Positions 1-13,200 of a DNA stretch of 64,000 bases are shown here, piece by piece (position 1 is the stretch's first letter; every line of letters begins with the position of its first letter). The DNA comes from Malacoraja senta (Eukaryota), in contig CM075990.1 of the NCBI GenBank assembly GCA_038087875.1, positions 5,084,001 to 5,148,000 on the forward strand. Reading direction: 5' to 3'. A model generated the notes under the pieces. That model searched no databases. It was not told where the DNA came from and saw only the letters and a program-made list of their open reading frames with translations. Made by a program: the position numbers and the translations under genes.

Positions 1-1078
1 TAAATTCATATCCTGTATTTTAAACACTTTGACATCCTCAGGCTTCCCTACTTCTAATTTTCTCCGAACCCTTTGGGACTCGATCACATAGTGCTTCCGC
101 TTTTTACTACAGAAGCATAGAAAATGCAGCAGGAGTAGATGTTTTGTCTCTTCTAACCTACTTCGTCATTTAATTTGATTTAAACGAATAGGATTAAGAC
201 TATATGGTATTGAAATAGATGATACATCTTGGTCATATTGACTGATGGAGTGAGCTTCCCACACAGTTTTTTGTTGAGATATGTAGCTCCATTTTAAATG
301 TATTCAAAAACCTGGCCTTTACAGCCCACTGTGATAATAAATTCCAGAGGCTGGGCACTTTTTGAATTATATTTCTCTTCACATTGGTCGTAAATCATTT
401 GCTCTGTAGCCTGAGGCAGTGATCCCCTCATTCTAGACACTGTAGCCACATGAAACATATTTCCTAGTCTTTCTAGCCCTGTCAGAATTGTATGTTTCAA
501 TTACATTCCCTTTCATCCTTCTCTCTCATATTCAAACTGAATCTCTCTCATATGGCGGTATCTCCATCTCAGGATAGCTTCAATATTGTTGGCCTTGCCT
601 TCACCCTCCCAGCCACACAATCCCTCCCATTTGTCTCTACACCCAGTCACTCACACCAACTCTCTGTAAGATCTTTAAATACATGATTTTTTTCTCGATT
701 TGTGGCCATTTATTTATCTATCCAGAATTTGCTCAATATCTGTTTCTTCATATCTCTGAGTGTTATGAAGATGCTATGTAATAGCATTAAAACAAAGTAT
801 ATATTAGAAACACTTTGTACCTAACCATTGGTTTTCCACAATGCTGCCAGATCATTTGAACAATTCCAACAGGTTAATTTTGATTTCCACTAAATGTGAT
901 GCTATAGAATTATTACAATGTTGTCATTTCATAGGATGAATGAGTTGACGTAGTCTCTGGAACCTGAGTATGTATCATTTATATTCCAGAGAGGACTGTC
1001 AAAAGAGTTCTTTATTCTTATGGTGAATCCACAATGGGTCTGTCTATTCGTTGAAAGATTGATTCATTTATTTTTCAG

Positions 1079-1257
1079 ACACTGATGGGTTAATCAGCCA
1101 GGCCTTGCTGATAGGAAACTTTGAAGGTGCTGTCGAGCTGTGTCTCAAAGATGACCATTTCGCTGATGCCATCATACTTGCAATTGCTGGGGGTGAAGAG
1201 CTTCTTGCACAAACGCAGAAGAGATACTTTGCCAAAAGGAAGACCAAAATTTCACGG
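1079..1257 (+). CDS. sec31b: sec31b exon ([60 protein letters not shown])
   Basis: tttttcAG acceptor at 1077-1078, CGG|GTAAAT donor; Sec31 ACE1 sequence. Confidence 0.95.
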
Positions 1258-4200
1258 GTAAATAACACTTCAATCACAAAATGCGGGTCAGGCAGCATCT
1301 CGGGAGAAAAGGAATAGGTGGCATTTTGAGTCTGGAGAAAAAGTACCGACCTGAAACGTCACCTGTTCCTTTTCTCCAAAGGTGCTGCCTGACGCGCTGA
1401 GTTACTCCAGAATTTTGTATCTATCTTCAGTATAAACCAGCATCTGCAGTTCCTTCCGACACTTCATTCAATCACTTATTCATTCTAAAATAATGTATTC
1501 GGGAAGAAGCAAACTGCGGAATGCAATGCAAATTTCCGTCTTTATGAATTTAATTTAAATTTTTCTGAAGCAGATAATCCATAAGTCTCTTTTCATCTGC
1601 TAGACCTCTTGCTAAACTAAGTTGAAGCAATCTCAGCACTACTATTTGTATCAATGTGAGTATCCCACAGTGGCCTGGTCTAGGCATTAGGTAATGCTCT
1701 CTATGTTTGTGGTGAAGCACTTTGGTACAGGGCACCAATAGATCTGACCTCAGAGTGCTCTTAATGTAGGCAATGCAGAGCCTGATTGGGAATTGTTTAA
1801 CAATGACAGTGCATAATAGGGAGGGATATGGCCTCTTCTCGCCAACTAGTGTGGGAACATTTTACTGATTGCTCACATTGTATCTACTATCCACAATGAT
1901 TGAAATGCAGCGAAGTATGTAACAAGTATTCCAAGGCAATGAAGAAGAAGATACTAATTTTATTCTAAAACTGATGTCACTTAAATTAGTATTCCACATC
2001 AATTACTCTTCCACAGATAGATTGAGTTTTGTGATTCAATTGACCTGTTTTTAAGTGTTCTTCAGTGGTGGAGTATGTCGATTGCAGATTTTGCAACAAT
2101 CAAACCAATAAGGAATATATTAGGTTGACACAAGAAACTGCCGAATCTTGAGGAAGAACTCAGCAGGCCAGGCACCAACTGTGGATGGTATAGACAGCCA
2201 CCATTTTGGGAATCCTGACCTGAAATGTCATTTGTCCATTCTCTCCACAGATTGTGCATGACCTGTTGAGTTTCTTTAGTGCTTTGTGTTTTGCTCAGGA
2301 ATACAATGCAACTCTTGAGTACAATGCTAAGCTTTGCCTTGTTGGAATATAGCCTAGTTACAGAGAATACAAAAATGAGTAATTGTCTTCTTACAGCTTG
2401 TGTCTTCTGTAGTCACCCACAATTGGAGGGATATTGTAGAATCGTGTGACTTGGACAATTGGAAAGAAGCTTTAGCTGCTCTTTTGACTTATGCCAAACC
2501 AGAAGTATTCTCCTCACTGTGTGGTAGGTTTGTTACTTCCACATTTTTTTTGCTTGCCTTTCTTTCTTATCCCATCTCATATTCTTTGGAGGTCAACTAA
2601 CAATATATAATGTGGTGTGAACCAGGGACCCAACTCCTGAAATTGATAAGATATGCAAAAAGACGGCAATTGATATGGCATCTGTATTATTTTGGAATAA
2701 GAGTTAGCACAACTTCTATCTGTGTGATGCTATTTGCTGTGGAATGTGCTTAGTGTTGTTCAAAAAGTGTTTTATTTTTGCCATTTTGCAACAGGAGAAA
2801 ATACTTTTATGTGAATAATATCCTAAACACGCAATACTTATGGGCTCCATTTTTCTTTGATCATCATAGCTTTTTGCATATCTTTCATTCATTTGTTCTC
2901 TACTTCTCTGTATCACCATCTATATCTCTTGCTTCCCTTTCCGCTGACTCTTGGTTTAAAGAAGGGGCTCGACCCGAAACATCACCTATTCCTTTTCCCC
3001 AGATCAGATGCCTGATCCACTGAGTTACTCCAGCTTTTTGCGTTTAACTTCAATGCTACTTCCAGTTCGCCTAATATCCAATACATTCCACTAGGTGTCA
3101 GGCATGGTTCAGTTGTGAGTGTCATTTTTTTAGTTTGTTCCACTGTAGAGACTTATACACAAAAATCTAGGCTGACATTCCAGTTCAGGGGAAGGTGCCA
3201 ATATTTTATGTAATCCTGGTTCTTTCTGGCCTCCGTATGGCTCACCTATTTCTGAGATAGTTCTAGAAGAGCATTGGTAAAATGAGATGTTAAGTCCAGT
3301 TCTTGTTAACAGTATCAGGGTTACGTTATTTTGTTCCCCTTGCTTCATCTAACAAGATCATGAGTGATCTTTTAAGCCAGCACCATTTTCTTCCATTAAA
3401 CCTTTGTCATTTAATTCTCCCAGAATCCGGAAATCAATAGTTCTCTGCCTTGAATATACTCAGCAGTTAAACCATTACAACCTTCCCAGAGAGGGAAAAG
3501 AACTGTCCTCTGGGTGAAGACATTTTTGCTCAACTCTTTCCCAAGTGACCTTCCCCTTACAGTGGCGTGATCTTGTTCTAGAAATCCTGTCTGAGGAAAA
3601 CATCATCCTTGCATCTACTTCAGAATTTTGTACATTACAGTGAAGTAGTATTTCTCCTAAATATTATTCTGAAGGCCCACACAGCACAACCTCTCAACAA
3701 AGGACACACACCTGATCTCAGCAATGAATCATCAGAACCATCATTGCTCTCCCACGTGCAGATATATTATACCCTAGGGAGACCACAGAGACACTGTATT
3801 CCAGATGCAGTCTCTCCAGGCCCCACGCACTTGCAGTAGGATATCTTTACTGTTTTACTCTAACCCTCTTGCAATAAAGACTATTGTACTGTTTGTTCTA
3901 CCTCCATGTTAACGATACAATAAGATAAGATTAACTTTAGTTATCCCAGGAGGGAAATTGTTCTACCAACAGTCATCAAACTCAACAAGGTAACATTCAG
4001 TGTTCTATGTATAGCAACACTCAAGTCCCTCTGACCACAGACATCTTTCAATCTCTTGCCAAAAAAATCCCTCTTTTTTTTAAACAAGGGACAACCTCAC
4101 AGTTTTCCTATTATATTTTGTCCTCCATGTCCTTGTCCTTTCACTTACCCGTCTATATCTCTTGAAAGCCTTGTATATTCCTGCCAGAGTCCACACCACC

Positions 4201-7200
4201 TTGGCATTGTATTGTCAGCAAACTTGGTTATATTGCACCTGCTTTCTGCATCCAAATCATTGATATGTCTTGAACAGCTGGAAACTCTACACTGAACATA
4301 CAAAAATCTACCCGTCCCATTTTATTTAAACCTTTTTCTAACTACCTCAATGCACCTCATTGCCACACAACTCCATCAATAATGTAGCACAGCAACCCTA
4401 GCCTCAATCTATATAAATTATCCAATCCACTCCTTCCTTGACCTCTCCGCTGTGAGGATAAGACCATGACCTGAAACGTTAACCGTTTCTCTTTCCGTTG
4501 ATGTTGTCTAACCTGCTGAGTGCTCCCACAATATTCTGGTTGTGTTTTTATACACAATAAAATTCTGATCTCTTCTTCAACCAAAAATAAATGTTTTTAA
4601 TCTGCAAGGTCACGGTTTTGGTCTGTGTAGTAAAGTTATACTTTTGAGGGCAATTTTCATTAACCTGTAGGTTCTCTTCTGCAGATGCTCTCGGATCGCG
4701 ACTAGAGATGGAGAATGAAGGGCGGCTGTGTATGCAGGCCTGCCTTTGTTACATCTGCTCTGGAAATATTGAGAAACTGGTAGAATGTTGGGTGAAGACT
4801 CATGAAAGCTCAACTCCACTTGCACTAGAGGTAGGTGTTTGTAGTTCAGATCTCTCCATTACTGTGGTAATATTTGAATGTGTTATTTACAATTTCCATA
4901 GTTAAATTCCTTAAACTGTAGACGACGGATTTAGCTGCAGTGAATATTTTTGTTGAAACACCGATTTAAAACCAGAAAAATGTGAATTGAGCATGTGTTC
5001 TTTCCACTTTACAGAAGTCACCTTGCCCCATGTTTTTGTACTCTATCCTGTTGCTCCCCATCGCACATTGTTCCCCTCACTACTACTCTCTCATGTTTCC
5101 TCATTTGTTCTCATCCTCAATTGTTTTTCCTGCTCGCTTCCTCACATGCTTTCATCCTCACTTGGCATTGAATTATCTTGTCGATGGTGTTGAGGGTGGT
5201 TAGATTTGGAAATATGATTTAACACAGAGAGTTTTTCTATATTGAAAATGTTACACTGCATATAAATATACTTACTATTGACACCAGCTATAAAAATGGA
5301 GACATTCCTCAGTTGGGAGTGCAAATCTCTTAAGTGATTGTAGTGAGATCTTTTAATGTATTTTCCTAGCGAATGGTAAATAATCCTGTTGTGCAAGTGC
5401 ATTTGATTGCTTATTTGTTGTATTAGTAAGTGAGAACAGATCAGAGAAATGCAATATTAAAGTAAGCATGGTATCTGTGCATCACTTTACATCGACAGTC
5501 ATGTTTCCTCTCCATATCAGGACCTTGTGGAAAAGATTATGGTCTTGCAGAAGGCAATTGAGTTACTCCAGGGTACAGACAGAGCTGCAGAGGGCCCAGT
5601 CTTTGCAAAGAAACTCACGCAATATGCCAGTTTACTGGCTGCTCAAGGAAATTTGGAAGCAGCCATGAGCTACCTCCCTTCTGCTTCAGATCAGGTTTGG
5701 CTTTGTATTATCTTTATATTTGTAAAAGGATCATGTAGCTATTCATATCAATACCTAATCAGTTGAACATTCACTTATAGAAATGCAGTATCTGGCAGCA
5801 TACTTACAGCACATACCTCCCATCATTGTTATGAAAAAGAATGTTGAGCATGCAAATCAATAAGTACATGCTATCATGTTTCCTGTAAGTTTGTATTGAA
5901 GTTTAGGAGTGATCTGATTGAGATGTTAGGTTTTAAAATGATTCATCATTTAAATCTGTTTAAAGAAAGAATCATTTTATTCATACAACAATTGCATGAC
6001 AAATGTGCTAAATGTTGTAGATATCTTATTCAGGCAAGTACAATTGTATCAGGACAGGTTGGACTCTATGTCTGGTGCCTATATCATTGGGTGTCTCCTC
6101 TGACAAGTTGATTGCTCTGATCATTCGTACCAAGGCCTACCTTTGTCAAGACCTCTGACATTTAGCAAAGATACAGACAGGGTTGAAGTCCCTTAAAGAT
6201 ACAGTGTTCTCATTGCCCATTCTTTCTTGTAATGTAGTCATGGAGCTGTGGAGAACAAAATTATCCAACAAATAATTTCAGACTGGCCTGAAAATAGGTA
6301 AAGGTTTTTCTGGAGGATTTTCCTTTCTGTGCTTTATTAAGGTGCTGCATAATGTTCAGACAGGAAGGAGGGAAAATTTATATTTCCGTTTGCAGCTAGG
6401 GATCAAACAGATCTTGACTGTTTGATGAGAGTTTCTGTGAAAGTTGATGTGGCTTTAATCTGGTATCTCACCCAACCAAACATTTTTTTAAATGTTGCTT
6501 CTGTGTCATTGTACAAAGTGTGAGGTTACAGCCTGTATGCATTCAATCATGCATATAAGTTTTTAGAAACATAACATTGGGGCTTCATGACACTGAAAGT
6601 GAACCTATTTCAGTTTTTTTTTAAGTGTTAAGGGTGAAAGATTATCATGAAATGAATTGAACCAATCCAGTTCTTTTGAATTAAAATTTTATGTCAAAAC
6701 ATTTTAATTATTGCTGTACCTAGGTATACGTGACAATAAACTAAACTTAAATTATTATTTTCATGATATGAGAAATGTAAATGCTTATTCTTTGAGGTAA
6801 GTTTTACCATGAATTTCAATTATTTTAACTGCAGCGTTGGTCTGAGAACCAGCATAGATTCAATGGGCTAAATAGCCTTTTACTATATTGTTATACATCA
6901 AGTACCTTTGTAATTATTCTCAGAATTGCATTCCCTAAAGCATTTTATAGCCTGGTTTATTATGCTAAAGTGAGGCTTATCAACAGAATACCTCATATCA
7001 AAACTTTATTCAGTTATGTTATCCTTCTGTTTTTCAAGTATCTTATCATTCATTACTATAGTCATGCTGTAATATATTTTATCTGAAGAAAATCTATTCC
7101 TCTTGTCAGTTTACGATACTGCAGCTCGGTGACAGGCTTTTCCATGCTCAAGGCGAGGCAATGGTGGGTCAGCAGCCACCTCTGTTCCCATTTAACCGGG

Positions 7201-10200
7201 TTTTGACAAGGAGACCACATCCAGCTGCTTCACCTGCTGCCACTGCAGCTCGTCAAACACCACCTCAGCGAATAGCCCAGCAACCATCCCAGCAGGTAAG
7301 TAGCAGTGGACCATCCCAGCTGTGTTTATTTTGTTGTGTTTTCTATCCATTCTTTGGAGCTTTATCCTGTTAACGTGTTGCTTGGCTGTGCATCTTCATG
7401 TACTCACTTTGCTACATTTTCATTCTACTTTTTGCGTAGTGCGGTTGATTTGGCAACTTGTTTGGGCCATGTATCACTGTGCTAACTTTGAATTGCCAAA
7501 CATCTAAACTATTTAGCCTATTTATAGCAAATTAGTTTCATAATGACTTTGACATAATCCTAGATACCCTTCAATTTTCTATAATTTTTCATTGGATGTC
7601 TAGAACTTGCTATGTAACTTATCTGTACATTGTCTCAACTTTCTCTATATTTGTTCTGTGGTACATTATTCACTCTGCATAATTTATTCTCTTGTGCAAC
7701 TTTGTAATCCATGCCTTTGAATCTGTTGTGTTCTGCGTGTGTTATGTTTAGTATATGTGCACTTTGTCATATTATTTGCACGTCTAAATGTTTTGTATTT
7801 TAAAATTCAAAATTATTTGAAATTGAAATGTGCAATTAAGACTACAGATCCTCCCCAGATAACAGCAGGGTTCTATTCCTGGGACCTTTTTATAACCCAG
7901 ACAGTTTGCAAAGTGGATATATGCTGGTGAGCCAAGTTCCCACACAGCAGAATATGCCTACAACTCAGCAGCAACTGGCAGATTCCTCCCAAATGCTGGT
8001 CTGTACATAAGTGAGGCATTTGCAAGCTGGGGAGGGACCTGTAGTTTGATTAAAATTTGAATTAATGAAGTTAATTGTCAGACTTGTTGAGTCAATTCAT
8101 GTATATTTATTCTCCATGTAATACCATTGTTTTTGTCTTCAGCCTCCATATCAGACCCCCTTTTGTCCTCAGGCCCAAGTCCGTCCATCAGCTCCAGCAG
8201 TATTCACTCCACAGTCTGCCACATCAGCCGCCCAATTTGCTGTCTCTGCCCAGGGCATTGCGGGTAACACCACCAATATCTACTCCAAACCAGGAACAAC
8301 ACACCCTGCCTATCCACAACATCCTACCACAATATCTGCACCAGGTAATTAATTTTATACATGGGTAGATATATATTTTTAATTTCTCTACATATATTTT
8401 TAATTCATTGGCCTTAGAGGTATTTCTTCAAGTTCTCAGCCATAAGAGCAAGGAGTCGGGTTGTTAAGGGTGAAGTTCATTTACATTAAGAAATTAATTA
8501 ATAAGTGAACTATCATGCATGTAAGATCATATTTTAGAATTTTGCAAAGTCCAAAATGTTTATTGGGAAGTTGGATTTATTTTTGGTTTTAAGTTATTAG
8601 TATTTATGAGTAACAGATGCAATGCAAACCCATATTCAATCTGACCCCAACAATGATATCAATTCTAAACTGAGCGATGGATATTCCATTTCATCCACCA
8701 ATTGTTGCCTGCATAGATGTTCATTTTCAGCCATATCCACAGAGACCGACTGAGAGTGTCCACCAATTTCATTTGGGTCCCATCTGATTATATTTTCAAT
8801 CATCAGTATGGATTAGATTTGAACCAAATATGAAAGTCTGGTGTCTTAACCCACCATTTCATCTTTGTGTTTAAAAATGTTAAACAACATGTGGTGTTCA
8901 AGTGTTTTTCTCAACTGCAAATTGGTCGGTAGGGTTGCTGCCTTACAGCGCCAGAGACCCAGGTTCGATCCTGACTGTGGTGCTGTCTGTACGGAGTTTG
9001 TACATTCTCCCCATGACCTGCATGGGTTTTCTCCGGGTGGTCCAGTTTCCTCCCACACGCCACAGAAATACAGGTTTGTAGGTTAATTGGCTTCGATAAA
9101 ATTGTAAATTGCCCCTAGTGTGTAGGATCGTGTACAGGGTGATTGCTAGTCGGCCTGCCAAAGGGCCTGTTTCCGCTCTGTATCTCTAAACTAAACTAAA
9201 TCCCAGGAGATTCCGTGGTTCAGTGAGATTTCCATTATTTGAAATTTTCAGCATTTTTGGTCAAATGAATTCTTGGTATCTGCAAAGGTTCAGTCTGTCC
9301 ATATCTATTTTAGGGTGACATGTGAATAAAGAGAAATGCTCTGTTTGAAATTTACATCTCGGCTATATATTGGCTATATATTTGATTACATTTTAAAAGA
9401 GGTATATTGTTTCTAAGGGGTGAATAGCATGAAAGAAAACAAACATTTTGACATTCTTTCATAATGTGATGTTATACATAATTTGGATTCATTGTTTTTT
9501 TTCCATAGCCTTTTCACAATACCAGAATTATGGACAGCCAAAAATTCCTTCAAGTGGACTGCCGACCTATCCTCATCAGCAACCTTTGCCAGGTTCGGGG
9601 TTGACCGGCCCAACCCCACCTACAGCCTCATTGAGCGGTCCTACAATGCCCAGTGTGTCCATGCCAGGACCATTGTTAATGGCTCCTGCTTCAGTGCCAT
9701 CTTATCAACCCTCCAGCATTATTCCACCATGTACACAGCCTGGACCATTGTCAGCTTATCCGGGACACCACCAGCATCAGGTTCACCCTCCTACATCTCT
9801 ACCAGGAATTCACCCAACTTTTCCACATCCCCCTGGAACTGGAGGCCCAGGAGCTCCTTCTTCTAAACCATTCATGGCTGCGACTATTCCTCCTCCTCCT
9901 CCAACAGGTATTCAGTCAATAACTGTTACCCCAATATGACTGCATGGTTTAATAGCATGCTTAGACTAACTATTTCTCTGTAGCAGTTTGTTTGTTTAAG
10001 GCAAAAAAAAACCTGCTAGAAGAACTCAAATGCTGAGATCCTCCCGCATTTTGTTTTTAGCTCATGATTGCAGCATCTGCAGTCTCTTGTGTCTCTCGTT
10101 CATTTATTTGTGTGTGCATGTCCATCCACACATAGAAAAAGCATACATGGAAATCTTTGCTAATCCATTTTTGAGACCAAAGACGTTAATGCTAGATTTA

Positions 10201-13200
10201 CATTTAAATCAGTGAACATATTACATAATTCAGTACAAAAGTAAGAACATCAAATGTTGGTAATACTCAGCAGTTCCTATAGTAACTATGGAGAGAGCAA
10301 CATTTTTAAAATTTCTGATGGAGAGCCCCGGTTCTTGTAATAGAAGAATTTACCTGTTAATTCCGATTTTCTCTTCGCAGATGGCCTGAGCATTTTCATA
10401 ATTTTACTGTTTCCTTTCAGATTTCCAGCTACTATAGTATTTGTGTATTATTTAATAATTATTAATTCTTTAGTATCTGGTTTTAATGAAGAAAGGAAGT
10501 CTCAAGTGGAATCTTGAAAGGATGTGAAAATATGCATATTTCACAATTAACTGGTTTCACTAGTTTTGGATATTGTACTTCTGAGAAACATGGGATTAAT
10601 ATTAGCAAAATTTCTATTTTTCCTCACTGTTTCAGTTCCTTTTCCAGTCAATTTGTGCTGCTTCTCCAGTATTCACGGTGTCTGGCTGCAGTTCCTGCCC
10701 CTTTCCGTGTTTCTCCCCAACCTCCCACCACAATCAGTCTGAAGTGGATCCGAACCAGAAATGTCAACTATTCCTTTTCTCCAGAGATTCTGCCTGACCC
10801 ACTGAGTCACTCCAGCTTTTATTGTATTTTTCCTTAGTAAAACAGCAGTTTCTTGTGTCTGCCATCAATAATTGCTTGGCCGTGAAGGCAGATGAAAACT
10901 GGAAGTTTTATCTGGCTGATGGAATAGGGAGAAAGAATTAGGGTTGTGGGAGAATTCCTGCAAGCTTGATTTAAACAAAATATATGTGGATATGACCACC
11001 TGATTTTTGTTTCAAAACTGTTTAGGATCAGTTTCATCAAAATTTTAAAAATATGTTAGGGGTTTTGTCAGGAACTCTTAAGTGCTATTCCAAAATGATT
11101 TTTGAAGAACTTATTGAATAACATTATGGATATTTAATCTGAAGCTAATTTTTCTTTAAAGATCTGATGGGAACTGGAAATTTCTCTTTTTCTCTAGCCC
11201 TATTCCACTAAGTTTCAGAACTATGTTTTGGCTAGTTGAAGAAAACTTTTAATTGGAGCTGGTCGTCATGCTTCAGCACCCATTCTGCTGAGAAAGCGAG
11301 ACTTAATTATTTTCCATCTCGTTCTTTGGTTGGGCATAGTGGTGCATGGTCCTGGAAACAGGAGACCCATTAAGCATATTGGTTGTTGGGTTAAGCTCTC
11401 AATAGGAGAATCTTAAAGCTTTATGCCACATTCAAATACACTTGCATCAATTTTATTTGAAGAACCTTCCTTTTAATCTGTTGTCTTGATTGGTTGGCAT
11501 TTTCTTGAAGGGTTCTTCATAAATTTATGTGGTTTCATTTTTTGCTTTCAGACTAGACCCTTAAGATAGGGTTTTTCGGTTTATTAGTGTCACCTGTACC
11601 AAGGTACAGTGAAAAGCTTGTTTTGCATGCTGTTCAATCAAATCAGATAATACTATTCATAAATATAAACATGCCAAATTCAAATACAATAGAAAGAATG
11701 GAGGAAAAGATACAGTGTGCAGAATATAATTGTCAGCATTATAATGAAACAGTTCCAGACACAATGTCCAGTGTCTGCAGTGCGGTAGAGGAGAATCAGA
11801 TTGAGGAAAATTTAGATGTAACCAGAACAAGTATTCTTAGCACTGTTTCCAACCAGCTACTTAGACTTGTGCCAAGTGATAGTGCATTACATCTCTTTTT
11901 TGGATGCTGTTTGTCAGGAGAACCTTTTGGTAATGTTTGGAAAATTGACATTTAAAAATTACAGGTGCAGTAATATGATTTTATTGCATAAAGTTTTATT
12001 ATCTAAACGTATAAAGTTATATCATGTAAACATATTGATATGTTTAGTTCCTTTAATTATATTCAGATGGCACAATGTTACAGAAGGAATGGGTGACATA
12101 TCGGGTCAAGACCCTTCTTCGGACAAAGAAGAAGACTCTCGAAGCGAAACGTCACCCATTGCGTCTGAAGAAGGGTCTCGACCCGAAACATCATCTATTC
12201 CTTCCCTCCATAGATGCTGATTGTTCCACTGAGTTACACCAGCATCTTGTATCTATCTTCGGTTTAAGACAGCATCTGCAGTTCCTTCCTACACACCTGG
12301 CATAATGTTATGACTGGTTGGGCTGTTGCCTCAACTCCAGTGACCGAAGTTCAATCCAAACCTCCGATGCTGTTTGTTGGAAATTATTAAGTTACTATGT
12401 GGATTCCCTCCGAATACTCCAATTCCCTCAAACATCCCAAAGTTGTGCTGGTTCATTGGCAACTACATTTTCCCTAGTGTACAGGTCTGTGGTAGAATCT
12501 AGGGAGAGTTGAAATGCATGTGGGTAGAATAGGACACATGAAAAATTAGTGGGGAATGGGATTGTTATGGGACTGAGTGGGCCAAAAACCACCTCATATG
12601 TTGGAAGGAGATATTGATGAATAAATCAGTAATATTACTAATTTGGTTTTTTTCATTACACCTCAATGCATTTTTAATTAAGATTGAAACTGAATACTCT
12701 GGTGGCAAATTATATTTGAATAACTAATTTGCTTTAACTCAATCGGTATTGTAATTGCAATTGGTTTCAGATCAGTTCATTATAATTCAACTTGTTACCA
12801 ACTCTGAATATTTAATATACAGTACATTGACAAGTTGCATTTTGCCAATAGCAGCACTGTTTCCTCTCTCATATGGGAAAGTTTTGTGGGGTTACTTTTA
12901 TTGTTTGTTCCTCCCAATAACTTACTGTTCCTTGGGCACAAAAGCGAATAAATGGACCCAACATAATTTTAATACTTCCTTGTCATTTCTGAGACATTCC
13001 TGTCTATGTGCAGTTAACCTTGGTCAAATAACAGCATGCTAAGCAGCATGCCCCAAGGAGGTTTGTGTGGGCAGCAAACAGAATGGAAAGCCTCCCTTTT
13101 CCATTTTGTTTGCTGCCCGCACAAACCTAATCTGCTCTGCTTCTCCATTCTCCTCCAGTCATCTCCCAGATATACTCCTTCGGAAGGGACTCCAGAGATT

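Noticed and set aside
8924-9000. tRNA genes (GGTTCGATCC/GGTTCGAACC motifs)
   Set aside because: These are SINE heads that continue into the V-SINE central domain and LINE-like tail.
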